44,954 nt of DNA. Origin: Stellaceae bacterium. GTDB lineage: Bacteria > Pseudomonadota > Alphaproteobacteria > ATCC43930 > CGMCC-115725. The position numbers and the translations under genes were made by a program. The DNA lies in NCBI GenBank assembly GCA_035319545.1, contig DATHCK010000193.1, positions 1 to 44,954 of the forward strand, written 5' to 3'. The notes beneath the pieces are model-generated. The model saw nothing but the letters and a program-made list of their open reading frames with translations, was not told where the DNA came from and searched no databases. Positions 1 to 8,802 of the stretch are shown piece after piece. The stretch's first letter is position 1, and every line of letters starts with the position of its first letter.

Positions 1-407
1 AAGAGGTCGAGCCCGGCGACCAGCTCGCGCTTGAGACTGGAGGCGTCGGCGAGTGCCTCGAAGACCTGCGCCGGACGCAGGTTGGCGAAAAGGTCCATCT
101 CCTTGCGCAGCTTCAAGAGGCCGCGCTCGGGCTGCAGCTCAAACGGCAGTTTCTCCCATTTCGGCCCGCCGACCGAGCCGAACAGCACCGCGTCGGCGGT
201 CTGGGCGCGGGCGAGGGTGGCGTCGCTCAGCGGCACGCCGTCAACGTCATAGGCGCTACCGCCAACAAGGCCCTCGCTGACCTCGAAGCTGGCGATGCGC
301 TTGCGGTCGAAGAACTCCATCACGCGCATCACCTCGCGCATGATCTCCGGGCCGATGCCGTCGCCGGGCAGGACGAGGACGCTGCGGTTGGAATGGGTTT
401 GGGACAT
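1..407 (-). CDS. leuB: 3-isopropylmalate dehydrogenase, N-terminal part (gene continues past the left edge)
   Basis: Minus-strand translation from ATG (rc of 405-407) reads [36 protein letters not shown]...[10 protein letters not shown], a LeuB/IDH-type N-terminus. It is absent from the ORF track because the window edge truncates it. It lies downstream of leuC-leuD. Confidence 0.9.
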   Translation of the reverse strand, partial: MSQTHSNRSVLVLPGDGIGPEIMREVMRVMEFFDRKRIASFEVSEGLVGGSAYDVDGVPLSDATLARAQTADAVLFGSVGGPKWEKLPFELQPERGLLKLRKEMDLFANLRPAQVFEALADASSLKRELVAGLDL

Positions 408-437
408 TTGTTTTCCTAGAGCTTCTACTCTCTCGCC

Positions 438-492
438 ATCCCGGCGAAGGCCGGGATCCAAGGCCGAAATGGGCCCCCGGCGTTCGCCGGGG
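438..492. repeat. Two GC-rich perfect hairpins in the leuD-leuB spacer (ATCCCGGC-GAAG-GCCGGGAT and CCCCGGC-GTTC-GCCGGGG)
   Basis: Read directly: arms 438-445/450-457 and 475-481/486-492 are exact reverse complements. They resemble REP-like intergenic palindromes. Confidence 0.6.
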
Positions 493-502
493 TGCCAGGT
501 TT

Positions 503-1135
503 TTAGCCTGGCACTTTCTGCGTCATTCCGAACTGCCACGGGCGTTCGAGCTGGGCCTTCCCCTCATAGCTCGAAATCTCGGTGTTTTTTGCTTCGGTGA
601 GGCCGATATCGTCGAGGCCATTCAAGAGGCAATGCTTGCGGAAGGCGTCCAATTCGAAATGCACCTTCTCGCCGTCGGGGCGCGAGATGGTCTGCGATTC
701 GAGGTCGATGGTCATCACCGCGTTGGCGCCTTTCTTGGCGTCTTCCATCAGCTCGTCGCAGATTTCCTTGGGCACGGCGATCGGCAAAATGCCGTTCTTG
801 AAGCAGTTGTTGTAGAAAATGTCGGCAAAGCTCGGCGCGATGACGCAGCGAATGCCGAAATCGAGGAGCGCCCAGGGCGCGTGCTCGCGGCTCGACCCGC
901 AGCCGAAATTGTCGGCGCCGATGAGGATTTTGGCCTGGCGATAGGGCGCCTGGTTCAAGACGAAATCCGGGTTCTCCGAGCCATCCGGCTTGAAGCGGAT
1001 TTCCTGGAACAGCCATTGCGCGAGGCCGGTGCGCTTGATCGTCTTGAGGTAAATCGCCGGGAAAATCTTGTCGGTGTCGAGATTGACGATCGGCAAGGGC
1101 GCGGCGACGCCGCTCAGCGTGGTGAATTTGTCCAT
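503..1135 (-). CDS. leuD: 3-isopropylmalate dehydratase small subunit
   Basis: [26 protein letters not shown]...[18 protein letters not shown] matches the LeuD family. The track ORF 503..1510 has an Arg-rich spurious N-terminal extension, so the start is set at ATG 1135. Confidence 0.93.
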   Translation of the reverse strand: MDKFTTLSGVAAPLPIVNLDTDKIFPAIYLKTIKRTGLAQWLFQEIRFKPDGSENPDFVLNQAPYRQAKILIGADNFGCGSSREHAPWALLDFGIRCVIAPSFADIFYNNCFKNGILPIAVPKEICDELMEDAKKGANAVMTIDLESQTISRPDGEKVHFELDAFRKHCLLNGLDDIGLTEAKNTEISSYEGKAQLERPWQFGMTQKVPG

Positions 1136-1146
1136 CGTGGCGTCTC

Positions 1147-2562
1147 CTAGCCCAGCTGCCGCACGTCGCTCAATTTGCCGGTGACGGCAGCGGCGGCGGC
1201 CATCGCCGGCCCCATCAAATGCGACTTGGCGTTCTTGCCCTGGCGGCCCTCGAAATTGCGGTTCGAGGTGGTGGCGACACGCTCGGCGTTCATCGCCTTG
1301 TCGTTGTTCATCGACATGCACATCGAGCAGCCGGCGTCGCGCCACTCGAACCCGGCTTCGAGGAAGATGCGGTCGAGCCCCTCCTCCTCGGCCTGGTGCT
1401 TGACGTGGCCGGAGCCGGGCACGACCAGCGCGACGACGCCGTCGGCGACCTTGCGGCCCTTGGCGACCGCGGCCGCGGCGCGCAAATCCTCGATCCGGCT
1501 GTTGGTGCATGAGCCGATAAAGACGCGCTGCACCGGCACGTCCTCGAGCCGGGTGTTGGGCGAGAGCTGCATGTATTGCAGCGCGCGCTCGACGGCGGCG
1601 CGACGCAGCGGATCGTCGATCTGCGCCGGGTCGGGGACGCGACCGGTGACCGGCGCGGCCATCTCGGGGTTGGTGCCCCAGGTGACATGCGGCGCGATGT
1701 CGGCGGCGGCGAGATGAGCCTCCTTGTCGTAGGTCGAGCCGCGGTCGGAGGGCAGCGTCTTCCAGTAGCTGAGCGCCTGCTCCCAGGCGGCGCCCTTCGG
1801 CGCGTAGGGCCGGCCCATCATATAGGCGAAGGTCTTGTCGTCCGGCGCGACAAGCCCGGCGCGAGCGCCCGCCTCGATCGACATGTTGCAGACGGTCATG
1901 CGCCCTTCCATCGACATGTCGCGGAAGGTGCTGCCGGCATATTCGAAGACATGGCCGGTGCCGCCGGCGGTGCCGATCTTGGCGATAATGGCGAGGATGA
2001 CGTCCTTGGGGCTGACGCCGGTACCGAGCGCGCCCTCGACATTGATCAGCATGTTCTTGGCGGGCGCCTGGATCAGCGTCTGAGTGGCGAGCACATGCTC
2101 GACCTCCGACGTGCCGATGCCAAAGGCGAGCGCGCCCATCGCGCCATGCGTCGCGGTGTGGCTGTCGCCGCAGACGATGGTCATGCCGGGCTGCGACAGA
2201 CCCTGCTCCGGCCCGATGACATGGACGATGCCTTGGTCGAGGCTGGTGATCGGGAAATAGGGGACGCCGAATTCCTTGACGTTGCGCTCCAGCACCTGGA
2301 CCTGGAGCAGCGAATCCGGCTCGTCGATGCCCGCGACCCCGGCCGCGCGGTTGGTGGTCGGGATGTTGTGATCGGCGACGGCGATCGTCTTGTCGGGGCG
2401 GCGCACCTTGCGGCCGGCGAGCTTCAGCCCCTCAAAGGCCTGCGGCGTCGTCACCTCGTGGATCAGGTGCAGATCGATGTAGATGAGGTAAGTGCCCTCG
2501 CCCTGCGGTGCGATGACATGGCTCTCCCAGATCTTGTCGAACAGCGTCTTTGGCGTGGGCAT
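1147..2562 (-). CDS. leuC: 3-isopropylmalate dehydratase large subunit
   Basis: [16 protein letters not shown]...[13 protein letters not shown]...[11 protein letters not shown]...CSMCMSMN are aconitase-family LeuC motifs. The start is set at ATG 2562 inside the longer track ORF. Confidence 0.95.
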   Translation of the reverse strand: MPTPKTLFDKIWESHVIAPQGEGTYLIYIDLHLIHEVTTPQAFEGLKLAGRKVRRPDKTIAVADHNIPTTNRAAGVAGIDEPDSLLQVQVLERNVKEFGVPYFPITSLDQGIVHVIGPEQGLSQPGMTIVCGDSHTATHGAMGALAFGIGTSEVEHVLATQTLIQAPAKNMLINVEGALGTGVSPKDVILAIIAKIGTAGGTGHVFEYAGSTFRDMSMEGRMTVCNMSIEAGARAGLVAPDDKTFAYMMGRPYAPKGAAWEQALSYWKTLPSDRGSTYDKEAHLAAADIAPHVTWGTNPEMAAPVTGRVPDPAQIDDPLRRAAVERALQYMQLSPNTRLEDVPVQRVFIGSCTNSRIEDLRAAAAVAKGRKVADGVVALVVPGSGHVKHQAEEEGLDRIFLEAGFEWRDAGCSMCMSMNNDKAMNAERVATTSNRNFEGRQGKNAKSHLMGPAMAAAAAVTGKLSDVRQLG

Positions 2563-2584
2563 AGGCGTACTCCCCGGAAAGCGA

Positions 2585-2995
2585 CTATTCAGCGTTGCCG
2601 GCCGCGGCCGCGGCTTCCGCCTCGCGGCGCAGCTGCTCACGCGAGCGCTCGGCGATGCGCGCCGCCTTGCCGGTGCGGCCGCGCAAGTAATAAAGCTTGG
2701 CGCGCCGCACGGCGCCGCGGCGCACGACCTCGATCTGGGTGATGCGTGGCGAATAGAGCGGGAAGATGCGCTCAACGCCTTCGCCGTAGCTGATTTTGCG
2801 CAGCGTAAAGTTGGAGTTGATCCCAGCATTCTTGCGGGCGATGCACACGCCCTCGAATGCCTGGATGCGCTCGCGCTCGCCCTCGACGACCTTGACACTG
2901 ACCCGCACCGTGTCGCCGGGGTCGAAACGCGGTACGCCGCGCTGGGCGAGAAGCTTGGCCTGCTGCTCGGCTTCGAGAGTTTGCAATAGGTTCAT
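2585..2995 (-). CDS. rplS: 50S ribosomal protein L19
   Basis: [15 protein letters not shown]...[35 protein letters not shown] is an L19 signature. Its start forms an ATGA overlap with the trmD stop. Confidence 0.95.
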   Translation of the reverse strand: MNLLQTLEAEQQAKLLAQRGVPRFDPGDTVRVSVKVVEGERERIQAFEGVCIARKNAGINSNFTLRKISYGEGVERIFPLYSPRITQIEVVRRGAVRRAKLYYLRGRTGKAARIAERSREQLRREAEAAAAAGNAE

Positions 2996-3717
2996 CGTCC
3001 CATCCTCCGCCCGCTGCCGGCCTTTTCCGGCTCCGCGGCGCAATAACGTTCCCACAAATCGGGGCGGCGCTCTCGGGTCAAGAGCTCCGCCTGGGCCCGG
3101 CGCCAGGCGCGGACCCGACCGTGATCGCCCGACACCAGTGTCTCGGGAACCGTACGCCCGTGCCAGATGGCGGGGCGCGTGTAATGCGGATATTCGAGAA
3201 GGCCTTGCGTGAAGCTCTCCTCGTCAAGCGTCTCGGCGGCGCCAACCACGCCGGGCAGCAGGCGCACGCAGGCGTCAATCAGCGCGATCGCCGCCGGCTC
3301 GCCGCCCGACAACACAAAATCGCCAAGGCTCACTTCCTCGACCGCGTTTTCCTCGAGCGCGCGCTCGTCGACACCCTCGAAGCGGCTGCAAATGAGCCGC
3401 ACGCCGGGGCCGGCCGCCAGCTCGCGGACCCGTGTCTGGTCGAGCGGCTTGCCGCGCGGCGACAGGTTGATGAGCGGCCCCGCTCCGCCGGCGCCGGCGA
3501 TCGCGGCGTCGAGCACATCGGCACGCAGCACCATACCCGGCCCGCCGCCAAATGGCGCGTCATCGACCGAGCGGTGCCTGTCGGTCGCGAAATCGCGGAT
3601 GTCGACGGTGTCGAGCGCCCAAACCCCATTCTTCAGCGCCTTGCCGGCGAGCGAATAGGCGAGAGGGCCCGGCAGCATCTCCGGGAAAATCGTCAACACG
3701 GTCGCGCGCCAGGTCAT
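2992..3717 (-). CDS. trmD: tRNA (guanine37-N1)-methyltransferase
   Basis: [28 protein letters not shown]...[13 protein letters not shown]...LSGGEPAA is TrmD family. It has ATGA overlaps with rimM upstream and rplS downstream. Confidence 0.95.
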   Translation of the reverse strand: MTWRATVLTIFPEMLPGPLAYSLAGKALKNGVWALDTVDIRDFATDRHRSVDDAPFGGGPGMVLRADVLDAAIAGAGGAGPLINLSPRGKPLDQTRVRELAAGPGVRLICSRFEGVDERALEENAVEEVSLGDFVLSGGEPAAIALIDACVRLLPGVVGAAETLDEESFTQGLLEYPHYTRPAIWHGRTVPETLVSGDHGRVRAWRRAQAELLTRERRPDLWERYCAAEPEKAGSGRRMGR

Positions 3718-4259
3718 GCCGCCGGCTCCTGTAGTTTGGCGGCGTCGAAGAGGCCGTCGGGCGGGTCGATGACGACCCTGCCGCCAGCGACATCGACGAC
3801 CGGCACGGCGGCGCGGGTGAAGGGCACGAGCACTGGTTGGCCCTTTGCCGGCGCGATTTCGATCATGTCGCCGGCGCCGAAATCATGCACGGCGATGATT
3901 TCGCCCAGTTCCGTGCCGTCCCGCAGCACCGCGGCGAGGCCGACGAGGTCGGCATGGTAGAACTCGTCTTCTTCCGTCGCGGGGAGCGCCGCGCGCGGCG
4001 CATAGAGCCGCAGGCCGCGCAGCGCCTCGGCGCTATCGCGATCGGCCACACCGGAGAGGTGGGCGATCACCATGCCCTCGCCCTTGGCCGCCCCGACAAT
4101 GCGCAACGTAAAGCACCGCTCGCCGCTTTCGTCCTCGAGCGCGCCGTAGCGGGCGATGGCCTCAGGCGTGGCGGTGAAGCTCTTGATCCTGACCGCGCCG
4201 CGCACCCCATGCGGCGCGCCAACGATACCCATGCAGACGCGGTCCCTCCCGTTTGTCAT
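3714..4259 (-). CDS. rimM: 16S rRNA processing protein RimM
   Basis: [35 protein letters not shown]...[10 protein letters not shown] is RimM family. The start at ATG 4259 keeps the conserved R-V-C-x-G-x-I-G-A-x-H-G-V-R-G N-terminus. The longer track ORF reads through an intergenic repeat. Confidence 0.85.
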   Translation of the reverse strand: MTNGRDRVCMGIVGAPHGVRGAVRIKSFTATPEAIARYGALEDESGERCFTLRIVGAAKGEGMVIAHLSGVADRDSAEALRGLRLYAPRAALPATEEDEFYHADLVGLAAVLRDGTELGEIIAVHDFGAGDMIEIAPAKGQPVLVPFTRAAVPVVDVAGGRVVIDPPDGLFDAAKLQEPAA

Positions 4260-4375
4260 TCCGGGATGGCGCGCAGCGCCAGGCCCGGAACCCATGAACA
4301 CCGACTCCTGCCCTTCAGGGACAAGTCCGTGCTCATGGGTTCCGGGTTCACGCCGTTGGCGCGCCCCGGAATGAC
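4255..4375. repeat. 121-bp nested imperfect palindrome (MITE/REP-like) between rpsP and rimM
   Basis: Outer arms GTCATTCCGGG (4255-4265) and CCCGGAATGAC (4365-4375) are exact reverse complements. Inner arms CCGGAACCCATGAACAC / GTGCTCATGGGTTCCGG differ by one mismatch. Confidence 0.8.
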
Positions 4376-4410
4376 GGGAGAGGGACATGGCGATAAACTC
4401 GGCCCTGGTC

Positions 4411-4767
4411 CTAGTTGCTCGCCGCGGCGCCGGCGGCTTCCTCGGCCGCCTTGGCGCGCTCCTGTGCCTTTTTCTTGGGCGCGGACTTGCTCGGCGTCTC
4501 GCGGATCTCCGGCTCCGCGACAAGGCCGGCATTCCCGAGGAAGCGCGCGACGCGCTCGGTCGGCTGTGCGCCGACGCCGAGCCAATGCTTCAGCCGCTCT
4601 TCCTTCAGGGTCACGCGGTCGGCGTGGTCGCGATCGAGCATCGGGTTGTAGGTCCCGACCTTCTCGATAAAGCGGCCGTCGCGCGGACTGCGCGCGTCGG
4701 CGATGACGATCGAATAAAACGGCCGCTTTTTCGCGCCGCCGCGCGCCAGGCGGATTTTCAAGCTCAT
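4411..4767 (-). CDS. rpsP: 30S ribosomal protein S16
   Basis: [42 protein letters not shown] is the S16 signature. Confidence 0.95.
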   Translation of the reverse strand: MSLKIRLARGGAKKRPFYSIVIADARSPRDGRFIEKVGTYNPMLDRDHADRVTLKEERLKHWLGVGAQPTERVARFLGNAGLVAEPEIRETPSKSAPKKKAQERAKAAEEAAGAAASN

Positions 4768-4815
4768 GCGATCCCTCTCATCTCGTCTTAGCCCTTCTCT
4801 GCAACGCGTTGATCT

Positions 4816-6183
4816 TTAATGAAAACCACCCGGCATCAGCGCCGAAAGCCCGTGTCGCATCATTCCCTTCTGCCCGAGCTTTTTCATGCGCTTCATCATC
4901 CCGGACATGTCCTGGTACTGCTTCATCAGGCGGTTGACGTCGGGTACCTCGACACCCGCGCCGGCCGCGATGCGGCGGCGGCGCGAGCCGTTGAGCAGAT
5001 TGGGGTTTTTGCGCTCGGCCTTGGTCATCGAGCCGATGATCGCTTCCTGCCGCTTGATGACGGTTTCGTCGATATTAGCAGCGTCGATCTGCCGCTTGAT
5101 CTTGCCGATCCCCGGCAGCATGCCGAGCATCGACGACATACCGCCCATGCGGCGCAGCTGGCGCAGCTGGCTGGCGAGGTCGTCGAGGTCGAAATTGCCT
5201 TTTTCGAGCTTTTTTGCGAGCTTTTCGGCTTCTTCCTGGTCGGCGACCTCGGCCGCCTTCTCGACCAGGCTGACGACATCGCCCATGCCGAGGATGCGGC
5301 CGGCAATGCGCTCGGGGTGGAACGGCTCGAGCGCGTCGATCTTTTCGCCCATGCCCATAAAGACGATGGGCTTGCCGGTGATCGCGCGCATCGACAGCGC
5401 CGCGCCGCCGCGCGCGTCGCCATCGACTCGCGTCAGCACGATGCCGGTGACACCGGCGCGCTCGCCAAAGGCCTTGGCGACATTGACCGCGTCCTGACCG
5501 GTCATCGCGTCGGCGACGAGGATCGTCTGATGCGGCCGCGCCGCGTCACGCACCGCGGCGACCTCGAGCATCAGCTCCTCGTTGATCGTGAGCCGGCCGG
5601 CGGTGTCGTAGATCACCACGTCGTAGCCCTCGCGCCGCGCGACGTCGAGCGCGCGCCGGGTGATCGCGACCGGCCGTTCGCCGGCGACGATCGGCAGGGT
5701 GGTGACGCCGACCTGCTTGCCGAGCTGCGCCAGCTGCTCCTGCGCCGCCGGCCGCTGCACGTCGAGCGAGGCCATCAGCACCTTCTTGCGTTCGCGGTTT
5801 TTGAGGCGCAGAGCGATCTTGGCGGCGGTCGTGGTCTTGCCCGAGCCCTGCAGCCCGACCAGCATCACCCCGACCGGGGCGGGCGCGTTGAGGTCGAGCC
5901 CAGCATCGGTAGGCGTATCGCCCGTGAGCGTCCGCACGAGATGGTCGTGAACGATTTTCACCACCATCTGGCCCGGCGTCACCGAGCGGATGACATCCTG
6001 GCCGACCGCCTTCTCGCGCACGCCGGCAATAAAGTCGCGCACCACCGGCAGCGCGACATCGGCCTCCAAGAGCGCGATGCGGATTTCGCGCATCGCGGCG
6101 GCGACGTCGTCCTCGGAGAGGGCGCCGCGGCCGCGCAGCCGGTCGAAGATGTCGCCGAGGCGATTGCTCAGTGTATCGAACAT
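4816..6183 (-). CDS. ffh: Signal recognition particle protein Ffh
   Basis: MFDTLSNRLGDIFDRLRGRG..., P-loop LVGLQGSGKTTTAAK, DTAGR, TRVDGDARGGAALS, and a Met-rich M domain (MGGMSSMLGMLPG). Confidence 0.95.
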   Translation of the reverse strand: MFDTLSNRLGDIFDRLRGRGALSEDDVAAAMREIRIALLEADVALPVVRDFIAGVREKAVGQDVIRSVTPGQMVVKIVHDHLVRTLTGDTPTDAGLDLNAPAPVGVMLVGLQGSGKTTTAAKIALRLKNRERKKVLMASLDVQRPAAQEQLAQLGKQVGVTTLPIVAGERPVAITRRALDVARREGYDVVIYDTAGRLTINEELMLEVAAVRDAARPHQTILVADAMTGQDAVNVAKAFGERAGVTGIVLTRVDGDARGGAALSMRAITGKPIVFMGMGEKIDALEPFHPERIAGRILGMGDVVSLVEKAAEVADQEEAEKLAKKLEKGNFDLDDLASQLRQLRRMGGMSSMLGMLPGIGKIKRQIDAANIDETVIKRQEAIIGSMTKAERKNPNLLNGSRRRRIAAGAGVEVPDVNRLMKQYQDMSGMMKRMKKLGQKGMMRHGLSALMPGGFH

Positions 6184-6508
6184 GCCCGCTTGCCAAATCC
6201 CGCGCGCGCTTCCGACGCAAAACGAGCCGGCGCGCGAAACTCGCGGGCCGGCCGCCTCCCATCCGCGGGAGGGTTCACACGCTCCGTCGGGGAACGCGCG
6301 CGGACGCTAGTCCTGCGGTCCATTTCTGTCAATGTCACGCGGCTGGATGGCGGGTTTGCGTCCTTCGAGGCTCTCACCGGGTCAAAGCCCGGTGGTTGCA
6401 CCTCTGGATGAGGTTCTTTCTTAACGCCATCATGGACCGAGATGCCTTCACCGCTATCCCTCATCGTGAGGCGCCTCGCGCAGCGAGGCCTCGAAGAGCG
6501 CCGAGGCG

Positions 6509-6542
6509 GTTTTGCAACGATCCACGAGAGCATGTGCAAAAC
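6509..6542. promoter_or_regulatory. Candidate operator: 8-bp perfect inverted repeat GTTTTGCA-N18-TGCAAAAC upstream of the MmyB-like regulator gene
   Basis: Arms 6509-6516 and 6535-6542 are exact reverse complements. They sit in an unusually AT-rich stretch just upstream of the putative promoter. Confidence 0.3.
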
Positions 6543-6563
6543 GTAATCTCCAGAACTTACCCG

Positions 6564-6592
6564 TTTAAGATAGATAGTTATCCTGGTATAAT
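6564..6592 (+). promoter_or_regulatory. Candidate sigma70-type promoter (TTTAAG-N17-TATAAT) giving a leaderless or near-leaderless transcript
   Basis: A consensus TATAAT lies at 6587-6592, only 8 nt before ATG 6601, with no room for an SD. A weak -35 (TTTAAG, 6564-6569) sits at 17-nt spacing. Confidence 0.35.
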
Positions 6593-6600
6593 TTGACACC

Positions 6601-7401
6601 ATGGCAACCGATACAATCTTCGAGCGGCGGCGCGAGCTCGGCGATTTTATCCGCGCCCAGCGCGAACGGGTGACGCCGGCCTCGGTCGGACTCATGCCGG
6701 CGCGCCGACGGCGGACGCCGGGGCTGCGGCGCGAGGAGCTGGCCGAGCTCGCCGGGCTCAGCACCACTTGGTACACCTGGATCGAGCAGGGCCGCGACGT
6801 ATCGGTATCGCCCTCCGCGCTGGCGCGGCTGGCGCAGGCGCTGCGGCTCGACCGGGCGCAGCGCGCCTATCTGTTCGAGCTTGCCGGCAAGCGCGACCCC
6901 GATCCCGGCGCCAGCGACGGCGACGCGCTGCCGGCGGCGGTCGGGGCCTGCGTCGCGGCCATTGAAGCGCCGGCCTATGTGCTCGACCGCTGCTGGCGCG
7001 CGCGGGCGTGGAACAGGGCGGCCGAGCAGCTTTTCGTCGGCTGGCTCGACGCGCCGCCGCCCGACAATCCAGAGCGCAACCTGTTGCGCTTCATATTTCT
7101 CGCGGCCGGGGCTCGCTCGCTGATCTGCGACTGGGAGCGCCGGGCGCGGCGGGTCGTCGCCGAGTTCCGCGCGCACTGCGCCGCGCATCTCGACGACCCG
7201 GCGCTACACCGGCTGATCGACGAACTGCGCCGCGCTAGCGCCGATTTCGCGCAGATGTGGGAGCAGCATGGCGTGCTCGGACGCGAGGGTGGCGAGCGCA
7301 CCTTCAACCACCCGCGCGACGGGTTTCTCGCGTTCGAGCAGGTGACATTCGAGCTCGCCGGTCACTCCGACGTCAAGCTGACGATGCTGGTGCCGCGCTG
7401 A
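6601..7401 (+). CDS. XRE-family HTH transcriptional regulator, MmyB-like
   Basis: N-terminal HTH (LRREELAELAGLSTTWYTWIEQGR) plus a C-terminal region typical of MmyB-like regulators (YVLDRCWRARAWN...FNHP). Confidence 0.8.
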   Translation: MATDTIFERRRELGDFIRAQRERVTPASVGLMPARRRRTPGLRREELAELAGLSTTWYTWIEQGRDVSVSPSALARLAQALRLDRAQRAYLFELAGKRDPDPGASDGDALPAAVGACVAAIEAPAYVLDRCWRARAWNRAAEQLFVGWLDAPPPDNPERNLLRFIFLAAGARSLICDWERRARRVVAEFRAHCAAHLDDPALHRLIDELRRASADFAQMWEQHGVLGREGGERTFNHPRDGFLAFEQVTFELAGHSDVKLTMLVPR

Positions 7402-7450
7402 CTGTCCATGCACTATGCCGCCTGCTTTATTGGACAAGGACATCACGCCC

Positions 7451-8086
7451 ATGCATTTCGACCTCGGCAAGATGCCGGCGCAGGACGGATACAAATTGCT
7501 GATCTCGACCGTCGTGCCGCGGCCGATCGCGCTGGTGACGACGGTGGACCTGAGGGGTCATGTCAACGCCGCGCCGTTCAGCTTTTTCAACGCGGTCAGC
7601 TCGAACCCGCCGGTGGTGGTGCTGGGGATCAACGGCGAGGGCGCCGAGGGCGGCTACAAGGACACCGAGCAGAATATTCGCGACACCGGCGAGTTTGTCG
7701 TCAATTTGGTCGACGAGGCGCTGGCCGAACGGATGAACATCTGCGCCGTCGATTTCCCGCACGAGATCGGCGAGCTCGACCCGGCCAAATTGACCGCCGC
7801 GCCGTCGGCCGGGGTCAAGCCGCCGCGCATCGCCGAATCGCCAGTGAGCTTCGAGTGCAAGCGCATCATCGGCCTGTCCTTGGGCGGCAATTCCATGCTG
7901 GAGGTCGGCCGCGTGATCCACATCCATATCCGCGACGATTTGATGGACATGGAGAAGCTCTACGTCAAAACCGACAAGATCGGGCTGATCGGCCGCATGC
8001 ACGGGCGCGGCTGGTACACGCGCACCAGCGATTTGTTTCTGATGGACCGCATGTCGCTGGCGGAGTGGCAGGCGCGAAGAGGGTGA
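7451..8086 (+). CDS. Flavin reductase family protein (FMN-binding split-barrel)
   Basis: MHFDLGKMPAQDGYKLLISTVVPRPIALVTTVDLRGHVNAAPFSFFNAV matches flavin reductase-like domain proteins. An alternative upstream ATG lies at 7415. Confidence 0.8.
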   Translation: MHFDLGKMPAQDGYKLLISTVVPRPIALVTTVDLRGHVNAAPFSFFNAVSSNPPVVVLGINGEGAEGGYKDTEQNIRDTGEFVVNLVDEALAERMNICAVDFPHEIGELDPAKLTAAPSAGVKPPRIAESPVSFECKRIIGLSLGGNSMLEVGRVIHIHIRDDLMDMEKLYVKTDKIGLIGRMHGRGWYTRTSDLFLMDRMSLAEWQARRG

Positions 8087-8211
8087 TTGGATCAAATGCG
8101 GTGGATCCGCAGCGCCTTCGGCCGGCGCCGTAAGCTGGGCCGGATGGCCCGGCGCATTTGGTGACACGATTTTTGCTGCCTTTTTGATCTGGCTTCCGGT
8201 AGAGAGAGCGG

Positions 8212-8694
8212 ATGCTTTTGCGTTTGTCCTCGTGGCGGGTCGCCGTCGTCATCGGCTTCCTCGCCGCGGTTTCCGCCGTTGGCGCGCGCGCCGCCGACAC
8301 CACCGCTGGCTCGAAGAACTTCGCGGCGCCCACATCGGTACCGAACTATTTCAGCAACGAAGCGGGGCCGTTGCAGGGGCCGGCATCCGAGACGCAGCGC
8401 GGACCGCTCTATATGAACCAGGCCTATGGCACGCCGGGTGCCGCTGTCGCACGTGGGCCGCAGCACGTGGCCTTCGCGGAGCCGCGCGGCCGCTATGTTC
8501 ACGGCCGGGTCGCCTATGACCGGCATGGCCGGCCGATCGCCTCACGTCAGATCGGGGCGCATGGTCGCCCGGTGTACCGCGCCGTCGCGCATAGCAGCGC
8601 GCGCGGCCATGCCACGCATGTCGTGGCCCATTCGGGCGCGGTTGCGCACCACACCACGCAGGTCAGCACCGTCCATCATCACGCGCGGGGCTAG
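8212..8694 (+). CDS. Hypothetical exported protein with a His-rich C-terminus
   Basis: Signal-peptide-like N-terminus (VAVVIGFLAAVSAVGARAAD), GC-rich third codon positions by eye, and a His-rich C-terminal tail (HATHVVAHSGAVAHHTTQVSTVHHHARG). No family recognised. Confidence 0.55.
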   Translation: MLLRLSSWRVAVVIGFLAAVSAVGARAADTTAGSKNFAAPTSVPNYFSNEAGPLQGPASETQRGPLYMNQAYGTPGAAVARGPQHVAFAEPRGRYVHGRVAYDRHGRPIASRQIGAHGRPVYRAVAHSSARGHATHVVAHSGAVAHHTTQVSTVHHHARG

Positions 8695-8695
8695 T

Positions 8696-8749
8696 GATCA
8701 AGCGCGCTGCCGCGTCCACGGCAGCTCACGGCTGTTGCCGCGCTTGATC
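8696..8749. other. Nested stem-loop element: 11-bp outer arms GATCAAGCGCG/CGCGCTTGATC enclosing hairpin CTGCCG-CGTCCA-CGGCAG
   Basis: Arms 8696-8706 and 8739-8749, and 8707-8712 and 8719-8724, are exact reverse complements. The element starts 2 nt after the stop of the preceding gene. There is no T-tract. Confidence 0.6.
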
Positions 8750-8802
8750 CGATGCGCGGAGTGCGTTGGACAGCAGCCGGCTCGCCACAATATAAGCGGG
8801 CC

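Noticed and set aside
503-2898. Long N-terminal extensions of leuD (to 1510) and leuC (to 2898) in the ORF track. The same applies to rplS, dapF, ftsY, the GST, the PIG-L gene, LLM copy 1, the POP, the DUF992 gene and the permeases.
   Set aside because: The extensions overlap upstream genes and have aberrant composition. Internal starts reproduce canonical family N-termini and give ATGA/GTGA couplings or sensible SD spacing.
3714-4532. 272-aa version of rimM from the ORF track.
   Set aside because: The extra N-terminal part reads through the 121-bp palindromic repeat and the 3' end of rpsP. It is Arg/Pro-rich junk, and conserved RimM sequence starts only at MTNGRDRVC (4259).
4819-6411. 530-aa plus-strand ORF antisense to ffh. 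Similar long antisense ORFs include 1576..2742, 10784..11698, 15666..16946, 24834..25949, 31116..32312, 39776..41263, 41328..42200 and 42222..42863.
   Set aside because: They are shadow ORFs typical of GC-rich DNA. The translations are Arg/Ala/Gly/Asp-rich with no recognisable motifs, and each lies opposite a gene with strong family signatures.
6184-6508. Possible small RNA or small ORF in the long ffh-upstream spacer (hairpins CCTCCC-ATCCGC-GGGAGG and CACCGGG-TCAAAG-CCCGGTG).
   Set aside because: The hairpins are short and lack T-tracts, no promoter-like element is evident, and the ORFs there (6171..6596, 6168..6776) have non-coding composition. The evidence is insufficient to call a feature.
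8427-8441. Sigma-54-like TGGCAC-N5-GTGC.
   Set aside because: It lies inside the coding sequence of the exported His-rich protein. The -12 element is GTGC rather than TTGC, and there is no downstream gene start.
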